Counted from the stretch's first letter, positions 42,121-52,788 are shown. The stretch is 64,000 nt of DNA from an uncultured Methanomicrobiales archaeon (GCA_963758915.1 CAVWXH010000016.1:288001-352000), one strand, 5' to 3'. The notes: generated by a model not told the origin, from the sequence alone. Program-made: numbers and translations.

Positions 42121-42498
42121 TCATTGTTGAATTCCCCGGGATGAGGATGGCATTCCAGATCTTTCTTTCAATGAATATTCCTGTACCTTCGCGAGATGGA
42201 CATGCCCATTCATAATACGTTGCACTTCACGCCAGCTCACGACATAAATTCTGCCATGAAGGTTGAATATGATCTCTTTCTTCTTCGGCTCCCGTACTGG
42301 TGAGAGCCATGCACATCCCTCCTCCTCCCCTGCGTCATTGATAATGCCTGCTGACTGGTCCGATGACAACAGGATACAATCAGATTTCATCAGGTAAAAT
42401 GTCCCTCCACGAAGTTCGAGAACGAAACTTTCTCCACTCTTCTTCATAGTCCCGGCATGTGTATACGAATCAGAGATAAGCTGTTTCATTATTCTCAC
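42121..42498 (-). CDS. Hypothetical protein
   Basis: 125-aa ORF with protein-like composition; no competing ORF. Confidence 0.6.
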   Translation of the reverse strand: MRIMKQLISDSYTHAGTMKKSGESFVLELRGGTFYLMKSDCILLSSDQSAGIINDAGEEEGCAWLSPVREPKKKEIIFNLHGRIYVVSWREVQRIMNGHVHLAKVQEYSLKERSGMPSSSRGIQQ

Positions 42499-42670
42499 CT
42501 TACCCAGATATAATCCGGCATTGCACTAAAATATGGCGTCAGACACGGATTTTACACCAAATTCAGGCAATACAGAGAATATAAAAAATGTGTCGGCGTT
42601 ATAGGGTAAGTATAACCTGGCCATGAGAAAACACGGATATCTGATACCTGAATGAAAAAAATGTAAGCCG

Positions 42671-42935
42671 GGCTTTGTTGAAACCCTGAAGGATCATAAA
42701 AATAGAAGAGGTAAATACGAATACGGAGGGGGGGTCAACCCCTCCCAGTCTCACCCCCAATACGATATTCATTGACAGGTTTCAACTGGGGGACTCAATG
42801 AAAATTTCAGAGATCAGGAGATAGTACCATACCCGATCCGGGCCCCCGACGCGGTGATCTGGAGCGCAGGAAGCGTGAATAAATTTTGGAATAACCGGAG
42901 TGTACAAGATATCTGGAGAGGATGTCGACAAAGAC
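42671..42935 (+). mobile_element. MITE-like element, copy E
   Basis: Left end GGCTTTGTTGAAACCCT, GGAGGGG..CCCCTCCC hairpin, ACCCCCAATACGATATTC, TTTCAGAG, and degenerate right end TGTCGACAAAGAC. Confidence 0.8.
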
Positions 42936-42950
42936 TAAAAAATGAATAAT

Positions 42951-44687
42951 TCATGTAATAACGAGATAGGCAATAAGTGAAAGGAGGAACGCGAGCAATA
43001 GCAGAGCGATACTGATAGGTCCAATCAATGAGAGCATGGCATTTACAGCACTTGCAAGTTGTGCAATACGCTGAGATCCGAATATGACAATTTTTTCACA
43101 TTCAACAGTACTGCCTGCCACTTCTGCTTCTGCGATATCGGCAAGTGCATCGTTGAGTGCATCCTCAACAAGGGGGACCAGCGATTCAACGGGGACACGG
43201 AGACCGACCGGATTAGTTCCCGATATCGTATTCACAACATGGGAATCCGTCGTCATCACCTCTATCTCATCCACGACTCCAAAAAACCGGTCCCTGATTA
43301 CCTCCCTCACTCCCTCCTGGATATTGTTGCCGTCGAATAGGACGTAGGCAGTGGTCTGTCCTCCGGCTGATACGGCAAGCACCTGGATGCCCTGGTCTCC
43401 AAACCCCTCCTCGCGGGAGTAAGGGACCGCGCTATGGGCTGCACCAATCCTCAGCGGGTAGGATTCCATTTGTGAATAACGCCTGAAAGCCTCTTTACTG
43501 GCGTTCATGTATTCCCGTGCAATCGCAGTCGCCGGATGTACCGGAGTCATATCTTTAGTACTACAATTATGGGCATCAACGAAGAGGATATCCGGGCTTA
43601 CACTGTGTCCTTCTGCCATTATCGTCATCCCGATATTGAAGTCCAGGTCCTCGGTCCTCAGTGGTGAACGGGTACTGACGATAAGGAGCGCATCACCAAA
43701 CCGTTGCACAAGAAGTGAAACAGACCCTGACTGTATGCGTTCTGACCTGCTTGCGGTTTTATGGAACGTAAGGTCATTCATCGGGCCCCGCATTGCAGCG
43801 ACAATTTTCTGGATCTCTTTCTCTGATACCAGGTTGAAATCGTGAGTGGCACACCCATGGGGGACCATGACGATACCTTCAAACGCTTCATGAAGGCACC
43901 GGGGGATGTTCCCTCCGCCAATATCCCCCATCGGGCCGGGGTGAACATTCGGCACCGTAAAGATTACGCTGGCATTCCCGTTTTTCCTGAAAAAAAGGCT
44001 TGCCTGGGGGACGTAGACTTCCTCACCGATCTCGCGGAAGAAGTCTTCCATCCCCTTTGAGCCATCGGTAAGGTGTGCAATGAACGCATTCAGGAACGAT
44101 AGGACCCTGATATTAAAGGCACGCTGAAGTGGTCGTTCTATCAACCAGAGGAGCAGGATAAACATCAGGACAAAGACGATCACAAGTACAACCGCAAGCG
44201 TGAAGAACGGGGATGGGAAGAGCAGCGTCCCAAGAATTATCGCTGTGGCTGCCTGAAATAATGCCGGGATGAGCATACGGGCTACCCGGTAGTCTGAAAT
44301 TGCGACCAGTACCATCAGCCTGATCCCGGATATAAAACCAAGCGATATACCAAAGAACAGGGGTATCAGGCTGACTGAAAATATCATGGCTGACAGGGTA
44401 ATAATTACCGAGAAAACCGTGCACGCGAGTGCCAGTAGCCCTGACCGGTTCCAGGTCATCTGTTTTCCAAAAAGGTTGATGTACGGTTTTGTGCAGAGAA
44501 ATGCAACAATCGCCGGGATAGTAAACCCAAGCGTCCCTAAAAATACGAAACCTCCGTAAATCCTGATACTTGCACCATCTATAATGAGCCCCAGGATTAC
44601 CAGTATCAGGAGCGATAACGGCCAGGAAGGTGCATTAAAGAGGTACCTGCTGAGTCGTTCAAGGCGCACGTCACCGGCTACAGCCAT
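42951..44687 (-). CDS. DUF2070 family membrane protein
   Basis: N-terminal TM bundle, then VHPGPMGDIGGG, HGCATHDFN, VDAHN, DGNN and TTDSH. Confidence 0.85.
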   Translation of the reverse strand: MAVAGDVRLERLSRYLFNAPSWPLSLLILVILGLIIDGASIRIYGGFVFLGTLGFTIPAIVAFLCTKPYINLFGKQMTWNRSGLLALACTVFSVIITLSAMIFSVSLIPLFFGISLGFISGIRLMVLVAISDYRVARMLIPALFQAATAIILGTLLFPSPFFTLAVVLVIVFVLMFILLLWLIERPLQRAFNIRVLSFLNAFIAHLTDGSKGMEDFFREIGEEVYVPQASLFFRKNGNASVIFTVPNVHPGPMGDIGGGNIPRCLHEAFEGIVMVPHGCATHDFNLVSEKEIQKIVAAMRGPMNDLTFHKTASRSERIQSGSVSLLVQRFGDALLIVSTRSPLRTEDLDFNIGMTIMAEGHSVSPDILFVDAHNCSTKDMTPVHPATAIAREYMNASKEAFRRYSQMESYPLRIGAAHSAVPYSREEGFGDQGIQVLAVSAGGQTTAYVLFDGNNIQEGVREVIRDRFFGVVDEIEVMTTDSHVVNTISGTNPVGLRVPVESLVPLVEDALNDALADIAEAEVAGSTVECEKIVIFGSQRIAQLASAVNAMLSLIGPISIALLLLAFLLSLIAYLVIT

Positions 44688-45346
44688 CAGGAGAAACCCC
44701 CTAATACCAGTTCATTCCGACCAGCCCCATGATGTATGACCCTTGTACTGGTATATCTGAGCGGTCGTGAATAAAATGGGGCATTCAGCGCAAGGCTTTC
44801 GTATTCGCCACCTTCTCCGGCCAGGTGAATATGATGGCGGGCTGAAATTTGCCTGAGTCGCCCTATAAAGTCCTTATCGATATGCCTGCCCAGCAACTCT
44901 TCGGATAATCCATCTGCCGCTGTCACCACGATGATGGCATCCAGTCGCTCCGCGACTTCACAGAGAAGCTGTTCAGGGTCCATCTGCCAGAGTGGCGCAA
45001 AGACTTCGATCCCAAGGGTGTCTGCAATGGTATGGACACGTTCATTCTGGTACATTGAATTCACAGCACCAACGGTTATCCCATTAATTTCCAGTTTTTC
45101 GAGGCCACGGGCAAGGTCTTGTAATTCGTCTTCTTTCTCCCCTTTTGTATGGATTTCAGCATATCCTATCCCGGAAAGACGCGCGATAACTGGTACAGCA
45201 TCCAGGTTGGAGCTGTGAAACATGAAAGAGTCGGGGTTTTCCGGCCGGACTGTGACAAGGTGGGTGACATGGATCCCCTGGTCAATTGCTTTCTGGACTG
45301 AAAGTATCGAATCCTTTCCGCCAGATGTGAGTGCCGCAAACCCCAT
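44687..45346 (-). CDS. Diphthine--ammonia ligase family PP-loop ATPase
   Basis: SGGKDS, DSFMFH, APLW and GEGGEYES. Confidence 0.9.
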   Translation of the reverse strand: MGFAALTSGGKDSILSVQKAIDQGIHVTHLVTVRPENPDSFMFHSSNLDAVPVIARLSGIGYAEIHTKGEKEDELQDLARGLEKLEINGITVGAVNSMYQNERVHTIADTLGIEVFAPLWQMDPEQLLCEVAERLDAIIVVTAADGLSEELLGRHIDKDFIGRLRQISARHHIHLAGEGGEYESLALNAPFYSRPLRYTSTRVIHHGAGRNELVLGGFS

Positions 45347-45353
45347 GATACTA

Positions 45354-46250
45354 TTAATTCGATCTCGTTGGTTGTAAAAGGCTTCCAAAAGACTTCCCGT
45401 AACGGGCTTCCATCTGTTCCCAGCCTGGCAGGTTTGTCTGGCAGCCTATTTTCTCTACCGCGAAGGATGCGGTAATGGTACCTATTTTGCAGGCTGTCAG
45501 GGTTTCATAACCCCGGTAATATGCAGTCAGGAAACCTGCGCGGTATGCATCACCTGCTCCGGTCGGATCGGCCATTGTTACCGGGTATGCAGGTATCAGG
45601 GAAGAATCCCCTTTCTCGTAAAGGACACTTCCCTCTTTACCCATGGTAATGATGACCACCGGTACACGATTGATGATCTCCTGCTTACATGTACCGAGAA
45701 TCTTCTCCATTCCTGTGATCTCATGCTGGTTTGCAAATAATACATTGATATTGGCAAGGATTGCATCGAGTTGTTCTTTTGTATAGCGATGAAGGTCCTG
45801 TCCGGGATCGAATGTTGCAAATTCACTCCGTTCGGAGACCCTGACATTAAATCCAGGGTCTGCCGTTGCCATGTGAACAAACGGAAGTTTGGGTGCGTCC
45901 TCATGTTCGAACGCTGCCGATGCCCCCCACTCAAAAAAAGTGATCTGGTCGCCTGCCTCGTCGGTGAACATGAATGCCGTGGCCGTATGGGCACCGGGGA
46001 TGGTAAAGAATTGCCTGGTAATTCCTAGTTGTTCCATCCATTCCTCATATTCACTACCGGGAAAATCGCCCCCCACTGCGCTCACAAGGGTACAGGGCTC
46101 ATCGAGCTTCGCAATCCCTGCTGCGATGTTAGCCGCCCCGCCTCCGAAATATACCTTACGGTCAAGGATATTGATTGAACCATTCACTGGCGGGAACCGG
46201 GGGACACGGCTGATATGATCAATTGCCGTGTGCCCGACCACCGAGATCAT
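45354..46250 (-). CDS. PfkB family (nucleoside/carbohydrate) kinase
   Basis: [18 protein letters not shown] and [13 protein letters not shown]. Confidence 0.92.
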   Translation of the reverse strand: MISVVGHTAIDHISRVPRFPPVNGSINILDRKVYFGGGAANIAAGIAKLDEPCTLVSAVGGDFPGSEYEEWMEQLGITRQFFTIPGAHTATAFMFTDEAGDQITFFEWGASAAFEHEDAPKLPFVHMATADPGFNVRVSERSEFATFDPGQDLHRYTKEQLDAILANINVLFANQHEITGMEKILGTCKQEIINRVPVVIITMGKEGSVLYEKGDSSLIPAYPVTMADPTGAGDAYRAGFLTAYYRGYETLTACKIGTITASFAVEKIGCQTNLPGWEQMEARYGKSFGSLLQPTRSN

Positions 46251-46723
46251 TGTTCCTCTTTACCTGCGACCCTATCGAATAGATCTCCCGGTTCGTCTCT
46301 TTCCGGTACATATGGCTTCTCTCTTCCGGATTTTTCTTTTTTAGGCTTCTTCTGGTCGTATAGCACTTGTTTGTTTTTCTCCTCGTTTATCTCCTGCACG
46401 TCCTTTACCTGCAGCGGGATATCGCGGAGTGCTTTTCCAATCGTCGACTTTGCGATCCGTGATGCGTGTTCGGATGACTCTGCACGGAATACTTTCATAT
46501 CAAGGAGGAGCCCGACAAGTGCGGTGTCTGCTACCACAATCGCACTGTTTAGTTCTCCTTCACAAAACGGGCAGGCTAGCATTCCTGCCTCCACTTCTAC
46601 AAATTTTGCCTGGGGGTTCAGGCGCTTCCCTGCCTCGCTGATTGCAATCCCTATCGCATCATCAAGAGACTTCACGTCTTTTATAATCCAGGCTGATTCA
46701 AGTGTGACATTATAATCGGGCAT
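46247..46723 (-). CDS. DUF555 / UPF0212 family protein
   Basis: [21 protein letters not shown] and [14 protein letters not shown]. Confidence 0.82.
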   Translation of the reverse strand: MPDYNVTLESAWIIKDVKSLDDAIGIAISEAGKRLNPQAKFVEVEAGMLACPFCEGELNSAIVVADTALVGLLLDMKVFRAESSEHASRIAKSTIGKALRDIPLQVKDVQEINEEKNKQVLYDQKKPKKEKSGREKPYVPERDEPGDLFDRVAGKEEQ

Positions 46724-46781
46724 TGTTACTACATCTCCATTTTTTTACTATATGATTTCCAGCTGAACCCGGTGTTTCCGG

Positions 46782-47310
46782 TTACCAGGCATCGAAATGC
46801 ACATGCTCACCCACGGCCATGCGTTCTGTCAGCGCCCCATGGGGTCTTCCTCTTCCCACGGTGAGTATTGCTACGGCCCTGATATGGGGGGGAAGCCCGA
46901 GAATATCGCGCACCCCGTCTTCATCGAATGCGCCGACCCAGCAGGAATGGAGGCGCCTTGAATGGGCGGCCAGCATCATGTAGGTACACGCGATGGTCGC
47001 GTCCTGCACGGCATACAAAATACCACGTTCACCATACCGGGACATTGAACGCACGTAATTTGCGCAGATAACGAAGAGGACCGGTGCGGCCTCCAGTTGG
47101 GGCTGATCATATGAAGCCCCCACAAGTGCCTCCTTCTGGTCGGTTTCACGTGACGACAATTACATCCCAGGCCTCCAGGTTTCCTGCACTCGGGGCAGTG
47201 CTGGCACTGTCGAGGAGGAAAACGATATCATCTTCGGTAAGCTCCTCGTCGAGATAATCCCTGACAGAGGTCCTGCTGATGAGGAAATCCAGAAATTCAG
47301 ATGAGTCCAT
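46782..47310 (-). pseudogene. Nitroreductase family protein, frameshifted near 47150
   Basis: RTSVRDY..APSAGNL..W in one frame; QDATIA..LAAH..SCWVGAF in the next. Confidence 0.87.
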
Positions 47311-47653
47311 GTTCGTCAAGTACCTGCCAGGAGGCCTGAGCAACTGTCGTTGAACCGGTTACTGCTTCACTGATCCGCAAAGAAGCAGGCCCGTACTGCC
47401 CACTCTCAACAAGGCTGATCGCTTCAGACAAGAGGTCAGTCGAACGGCGAAACCCGGACTGTTCGGTTGAACGTAATGCCATCTGCAGTTCGGCACGGAC
47501 CGCTTCCATGCTCATGATAAGCATCCTCCGGCCTCCTGCCCGTTCATTTTCCGGGAAACTTCCAAGGGCCGTGACCAGTTGAGAGCAGACAATCAGTTCA
47601 CTTTTTGCACGGTCTGCAAACTGGTAGTTCTTTATTGCAGCTTTAAGATCCAT
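47297..47653 (-). CDS. Hypothetical helical protein
   Basis: Same-strand ORF overlapping the nitroreductase start, operon-like. Confidence 0.75.
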   Translation of the reverse strand: MDLKAAIKNYQFADRAKSELIVCSQLVTALGSFPENERAGGRRMLIMSMEAVRAELQMALRSTEQSGFRRSTDLLSEAISLVESGQYGPASLRISEAVTGSTTVAQASWQVLDEHGLI

Positions 47654-47709
47654 ACTCAATTGAAACTCCGCTGATTAATGATAGTTATGATGATAGGTAT
47701 GAATGCGTG

Positions 47710-47766
47710 AAAAAATGTTTCAGGAAGAATTTGTCCCGCCATGACCGGGACATGAACATTCCTGAA
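47710..47766 (-). terminator. Hairpin plus oligo-T after the DUF5350-like gene
   Basis: Nested stems TTCAGGAA/TTCCTGAA and TGTCCCG/CGGGACA, followed on the minus strand by a T tract. Confidence 0.55.
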
Positions 47767-47779
47767 GGTATTTCTGATA

Positions 47780-48103
47780 TTATCTGGCGGATTTCTGCTT
47801 TGCGCCCATTATCGATACTTTAGCGCGGCGCATTGATTTCCGCACGATGGTATCTGCAGGGTTCCCCATTTCGCGGCCCCTGCCGCCACGGCCTCCTCTG
47901 CCGCCCCTGCTTCCACCTCTTCGTCCGCCTGGCCGGCCCCCCTGGTCTCCGGCGAGCTGCTCGAGCTTTTTAAGCGTGGCGCCGGCCCTGAACCGCTGGT
48001 TAGGCCCTGGTCTCTTTACTTCACCTTCTGATTTCGGGACAAGCCGGATCTGGCCTTTTACGCCTTTGACCTGTACCCATTGTGTTGTTCCTGTCTTTCC
48101 CAT
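47780..48103 (-). CDS. DUF5350-like small basic protein with an RGG tract
   Basis: MGKTGTTQWVQVKGVKGQIRLVP..PGPNQRF and RRAKVSIMGAKQK. Confidence 0.85.
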   Translation of the reverse strand: MGKTGTTQWVQVKGVKGQIRLVPKSEGEVKRPGPNQRFRAGATLKKLEQLAGDQGGRPGGRRGGSRGGRGGRGGRGREMGNPADTIVRKSMRRAKVSIMGAKQKSAR

Positions 48104-48203
48104 GAAACTCCTTTATGATTAAAGCAGGATTCTTCATAAAGTTTCGCCATTATCCCCCTGAATCATGGGAAGAATATAAGAAAAAGTACCGGAAATTACC
48201 GGA

Positions 48204-50042
48204 CTACCGGGATTTGCAGACCCGTTCGATCTCCTTACGCAGGAGTTCGCTCACTATTTTCCCGTCCGATGAACCCCGGACTTCAGCCATTACGACGCCC
48301 ATGAGCGGCGCAAGAGCCGCATTGCCTTTCTCCTGCACAAAAGCCGCCCTTTCATCAACAATTTTTGTAATAATCGCATGGAGCTGGTCGCGGCTTATGG
48401 CCGGTGCACATTTTTTTATTGCTTCATCGGTGCCGGATCCGTTTGCGACCATCCGTAATAGTTCAGGGATTGCTTCTTTTGCTGCGTTTCCTGATTCAAC
48501 CGCATGCAGTACTTCAATGAACCGGTCATCCGAAATCATTGAGATATCTGTCCCGTCGCGTTGGATCTCCTTGAGTGTCCCAAGGATTGTGCGGGCGGCA
48601 AGTGTCGGGTTGATCCTTTCCGTAACTGCCCGTTCAAATAACGGAAGCCGTTCGGAGAAGGCGATCTGCCGTGCCAGCCCCTCATCAATGCCGAGTTCCG
48701 TGCTGAAACGGAGTGCCCGCACGGTAAGGAGTTCAGGCAGGGAAATACTGTCCCACATGGAGGGATCAACGAGTACAGGAAGTACATCTGTCTCGGGATA
48801 CATCCTCGCCGCACCCGGTAATGGTCGCATATAGGCTGTATTTCCCTCGGGAAGCATCTTCCTCGTCTCTTCCGGTACCCCTTCCAGTGCAAACCCGGCC
48901 CGCTTGATGACCTGCATGGCCGCACAATGTGCCTGCTTTGGTGTTGCTGCAACAAGGACTATACAGTCCTTTTCAGTTGTACCAAGTGCTTTATGGAGTG
49001 CTTCTACCTCCTCGGTAGTAATCCCGTATGCAGGAAGTTCATCGGTATGGAAAATACCCCCTACCCCACACTTTTTAGCGTAATCAGACATCTCGGTACC
49101 GAGCCGCCGCCCGGGCTGGATCTCGTACCCTACAAGGCCGGAAAACCCGTTAAGGCAGACTGCAAGGATCATTTTCGCTTTTTTGAGGATTGAGGACCCG
49201 GTACCGGCAAAGAGACCTGTCACATCAACAGGAGCAGGTTGAACAAAGGCCCCGCGGGATACCAGCTGGTCCCTGATCATTATCAGGTTCTGCTGACGTA
49301 ATGCCTCGCGTTTCACTACGTCTGCAACGAGGTCAAGTTCCTGTACCCCTTTTACCTCGATCCGTGCACCACCCGTAATGGATATATTGACATCCTGCCT
49401 GATCGTCCCGAGCCCGCGTTTCACCTGGCCGGTTGAACGGAGGACCATGCCGAGATACCCTGCCATCTCCCTGACTTCTTCGGGTGTATGCATGCAGGGG
49501 GAGGTAGTAATCTCCACCAAAGGAATTCCGAGACGGTCGAGTGAGAAGGTCTCACCCTCCACGCGTTGTGCCGCTTCCTCCTCGAGACAGAGAGTCTCAA
49601 TCTTTCCGCCATTTGGAAGGGTGCCGTTTACGGCGATCAATGCAGTACGCTGGAACCCGCTTGTGTTCGAACCATCGATAACAAGTTTACGCATCATATT
49701 AATCTGTTCGATCGGGGTCATGCCGAACATTTTTGCAATGGTAAGGCTGAGTACCAGGGCTTCCTGGTTGAGCGGTGCCGGGGGCTCCTCGTCATTCTCT
49801 ACAAGGCAGGTCGAATCATACGTGTAATAGGTGAATTTCCTCTCACGTTTCATCTCTTCCCGGGCAGCGTCATCGATCTCCCCCATCTCGCTCTCGGTCG
49901 CACGGAGGTACCGGTGGTATTCCCCCGAATGCTCCTCTGTCCTCCGGAGCAGGGTCGGACACCTGCAGAAGAGTTTTTCTCTGGTATCGAGCTGCTGGTG
50001 GATTTCAATCCCTGCAAGGAGCCCGATTTTTTCATAGTCCAT
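48204..50042 (-). CDS. gatE: Glu-tRNA(Gln) amidotransferase subunit E
   Basis: GIEIHQQL..KLFC.CP, DGSNTSGFQRT, RGLGTIRQDVNISI and RPLPGAARMYPETD. Confidence 0.97.
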   Translation of the reverse strand: MDYEKIGLLAGIEIHQQLDTREKLFCRCPTLLRRTEEHSGEYHRYLRATESEMGEIDDAAREEMKRERKFTYYTYDSTCLVENDEEPPAPLNQEALVLSLTIAKMFGMTPIEQINMMRKLVIDGSNTSGFQRTALIAVNGTLPNGGKIETLCLEEEAAQRVEGETFSLDRLGIPLVEITTSPCMHTPEEVREMAGYLGMVLRSTGQVKRGLGTIRQDVNISITGGARIEVKGVQELDLVADVVKREALRQQNLIMIRDQLVSRGAFVQPAPVDVTGLFAGTGSSILKKAKMILAVCLNGFSGLVGYEIQPGRRLGTEMSDYAKKCGVGGIFHTDELPAYGITTEEVEALHKALGTTEKDCIVLVAATPKQAHCAAMQVIKRAGFALEGVPEETRKMLPEGNTAYMRPLPGAARMYPETDVLPVLVDPSMWDSISLPELLTVRALRFSTELGIDEGLARQIAFSERLPLFERAVTERINPTLAARTILGTLKEIQRDGTDISMISDDRFIEVLHAVESGNAAKEAIPELLRMVANGSGTDEAIKKCAPAISRDQLHAIITKIVDERAAFVQEKGNAALAPLMGVVMAEVRGSSDGKIVSELLRKEIERVCKSR

Positions 50043-51267
50043 GGAGCGACCTCCTCATGCATTCACCCTTTAAGGAAGAGGAAAGGAGCAGGCGCTGTTT
50101 CTCCGGGTCCTTTTCATTGCCAAGCACCCACATCATCTTAACGAGTGCTACTTCGGGCAGTGTATCGGCACCTTCTATTACCCCGATTTTCAGGAGGTCA
50201 CGGCCGGTGTCATACACGCGGTCACAGACCCGCCCGTTCAGGCACTGGGAGGTCATCATAGTCATAGTCCCTTCTTCGGCCAGTGTTTTGAGGGCTGGTA
50301 TCCAGTCTGTGCTCACGTGACCAAGGCCGGTGCCCGCGAGGACGAGTCCGTGCACCTCCCCGGCATCGGGGAGTGCAGATGGTGGCATTCCCGGGTAAAA
50401 GTACAGGAGCCTGCAGGACTCATCAAGATCCGGCCTGATGGACGGTTCAAGGGACCCCCGTCTTACCGCCCCGGGTGACAGGTGAATGTCCAGGGAAGGA
50501 TAGTCCACGTAACCCAGTGGCGCTATGCCAATACTCTGGAACGCATCGCGCCGCGATGTATGCATCTTCCTGACTCTCGTTGCCCGGTGGACCGCACAGC
50601 GGTCATCACTGGTCGAGGCATGCATTACAACTGCCACTTCCCCGAGGGGGCTGACTGCGGCAGTCGCACTGCATAACGCGTTCATAGTATTATCACTGCT
50701 CGGCCGGTCAGCCGATCTCTGGGAGCCGACAAATATGACCGGCACCGGGGTATCGACCATGAAACTGACTGCAGCTGAACTATAGGACATCGTATCCGTG
50801 CCGTGTGTTACGATAACCCCCGTGGCCCCCTCCTGAATCTCTTTATACACTGCTGCTGCAAGTTCCTGCCATATTGCAGGGGTCATATTTTCAGAGAGGA
50901 TCGTGTACAACTGTGTTGTCCGGTACCTGGCAATTCCTGAAAGACCTGGTATTGCCCTTAAAATATCATCGGCATCGAACTGGCTTGTTACAGCACCTGT
51001 ACGATAATCAATCCTGCTTGCAATTGTCCCGCCCGTTGAAATAATCGAAAGGGACGGGAGCGAATCATCCTGCGTGGTTGATATTTCACGTCGCCCGGTC
51101 TGTTCAGGTCGTTCCATGAACCTGCAGGTCCCGCTTCCTATACCGATGTTATACCCGCTGTCAAGCTTGACTACGGCTTTTCCCTCTCTGCGGGTAATAT
51201 ATGTCCCGTTAAACCGGGTGCCGGCGTATGTGCACTCAACCCTGTCGCCGGTTTTCAGTTCTTCCAT
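50032..51267 (-). CDS. gatD: Glu-tRNA(Gln) amidotransferase subunit D
   Basis: KLDSGYNIG, STGGTIASRIDYRTG, HGTDT, SQRSADRPSSD and RKMHTSRRDAF. Confidence 0.97.
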   Translation of the reverse strand: MEELKTGDRVECTYAGTRFNGTYITRREGKAVVKLDSGYNIGIGSGTCRFMERPEQTGRREISTTQDDSLPSLSIISTGGTIASRIDYRTGAVTSQFDADDILRAIPGLSGIARYRTTQLYTILSENMTPAIWQELAAAVYKEIQEGATGVIVTHGTDTMSYSSAAVSFMVDTPVPVIFVGSQRSADRPSSDNTMNALCSATAAVSPLGEVAVVMHASTSDDRCAVHRATRVRKMHTSRRDAFQSIGIAPLGYVDYPSLDIHLSPGAVRRGSLEPSIRPDLDESCRLLYFYPGMPPSALPDAGEVHGLVLAGTGLGHVSTDWIPALKTLAEEGTMTMMTSQCLNGRVCDRVYDTGRDLLKIGVIEGADTLPEVALVKMMWVLGNEKDPEKQRLLLSSSLKGECMRRSLHGL

Positions 51268-52745
51268 TATTGTACAAGCCCCCCTGCCTCTTTCAGCATT
51301 GTTTCAATGGCATGCCGGACGCCTCTTATTTTTGAATCTGTAATTTTCTGGTCCCTGTTAAGTCTCTCTCTTGCAAGGGCAATTGCTTCTGCAGTCGCGG
51401 AAGGTGCAGGTCCGCCAGGGTGGTCCCGCGTGGCAACACTACTCTCGACTGATAATGCGGTTATAACCTGCTTTTCGGTAAGGCCCCGTTCTGACAGAGT
51501 TTTTCCTGTTATCGCCACTGCCGCAGCATCAAGAGTTTTTATATCCAGACTTCCGGTTTTCACTGCCCTGCCTACGATACTATGGGCAGTCCGGAATGGC
51601 ATGGCACACTCCGTGGCCAGGAGGTCTGCCACGTCCGTGGCTGTGGACATGCCTCTCCCTGCCTCGGTTTTCATCCGGGCAGTATCGAACCGGGCACCTG
51701 ATACCATGCCGGGCAGCAGGTGCAGGCTCATGGTAGCATCCCTGGCCCCTCTCCATAGGTGCGGTGTCAGCTCCTGGAGGTCCCGGTTATAACTCATAGG
51801 CAGGCCCTTGGTGATTACTAGTGCTGCTGTATATGCTCCTGCCACTGATCCTGCCTTAGCCCTCATTATCTCAGCCGTGTCCGGATTTTTCTTTTGTGGC
51901 ATGATTGAACTGGTAGAACAGAACTGGTCATCGAGGCTGACAAAGCCGGTGAACGAAGAGCTCCAAAGGACCAGCTCTTCACAAAGCCTGCTCACGGTTG
52001 CCATCATAATCGAAAGGTCTGAGAGGACTTCCAGGGCAAAATCCCGCGTCGCGACTGCATCCATTGTATTCATGATAATCCCGTCAAATCCGAGCAGACT
52101 GGCGGTATAATCGCGGTCTATCCGGTACCCGGTTGATGCAAATGCAGCAGCACCAAGGGGGGACTGGTTGACCCGTGCGTACGCCTCGTTCAACCGGTCA
52201 AAATCACGGGAAAATGCCTGTTCGTAGGCAAGAAGGTGGTGGGCAAGAGTCGTTGGCTGGGCATGCTGGAAGTGGGTGAACCCTGGCATAAACGACTCAC
52301 GGTGTTGTTGTGCGCATCTGATAAGGACTTCCCTGAGTTTTACAAGTGAACTCATCTGTCCGAGCAGTTCATCCCTTACGTGGAGCCTGATACAGGCCGC
52401 AACCTCATCATTTCTTGAACGCCCGATATGGAGTCTCCCACCTGCCTCTTCACCTGCAGCACCGATCAGCACTGACTCGATACCCGCATGGATATCCTCG
52501 AAATGATCTGAAAAGGCCTCCTCAGGAACTCCATTACCCTGCATGCCGAGGAGCACCTTCATGATGGCAACGGCGTTGTCATGATCAATCACGTCCTGCC
52601 GTTTCAGCATGAGGAGATGTGCTATATCCACGAGCAGATCTGCCTCCGCAATACTCCGGTCCGCCTCCATTGAGGAAAGGAACTGTTTAATCCCCGGTAC
52701 CCTTTCACCCGACAGGCGGCCTCGCCTGACTACATCTTCCTGCAT
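51267..52745 (-). CDS. argH: Argininosuccinate lyase
   Basis: EDIH, GRSRND, GFTHFQHAQP, SSIMPQKKNPD and YNRDLQE. Confidence 0.97.
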   Translation of the reverse strand: MQEDVVRRGRLSGERVPGIKQFLSSMEADRSIAEADLLVDIAHLLMLKRQDVIDHDNAVAIMKVLLGMQGNGVPEEAFSDHFEDIHAGIESVLIGAAGEEAGGRLHIGRSRNDEVAACIRLHVRDELLGQMSSLVKLREVLIRCAQQHRESFMPGFTHFQHAQPTTLAHHLLAYEQAFSRDFDRLNEAYARVNQSPLGAAAFASTGYRIDRDYTASLLGFDGIIMNTMDAVATRDFALEVLSDLSIMMATVSRLCEELVLWSSSFTGFVSLDDQFCSTSSIMPQKKNPDTAEIMRAKAGSVAGAYTAALVITKGLPMSYNRDLQELTPHLWRGARDATMSLHLLPGMVSGARFDTARMKTEAGRGMSTATDVADLLATECAMPFRTAHSIVGRAVKTGSLDIKTLDAAAVAITGKTLSERGLTEKQVITALSVESSVATRDHPGGPAPSATAEAIALARERLNRDQKITDSKIRGVRHAIETMLKEAGGLVQ

Positions 52746-52788
52746 CGACCGTAATCACTCCTGTTTATAAATTGGCCGCCGGATGAGA

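Noticed and set aside
10515-42935. Repeats as a CRISPR array or autonomous IS
   Set aside because: Copies are ~260 bp, dispersed and divergent, with no spacers, cas genes or transposase.
47146-47150. In-frame TGA in the nitroreductase as selenocysteine or recoding
   Set aside because: Homology continues in a different frame, so this is an indel; no slippery site or SECIS was seen.
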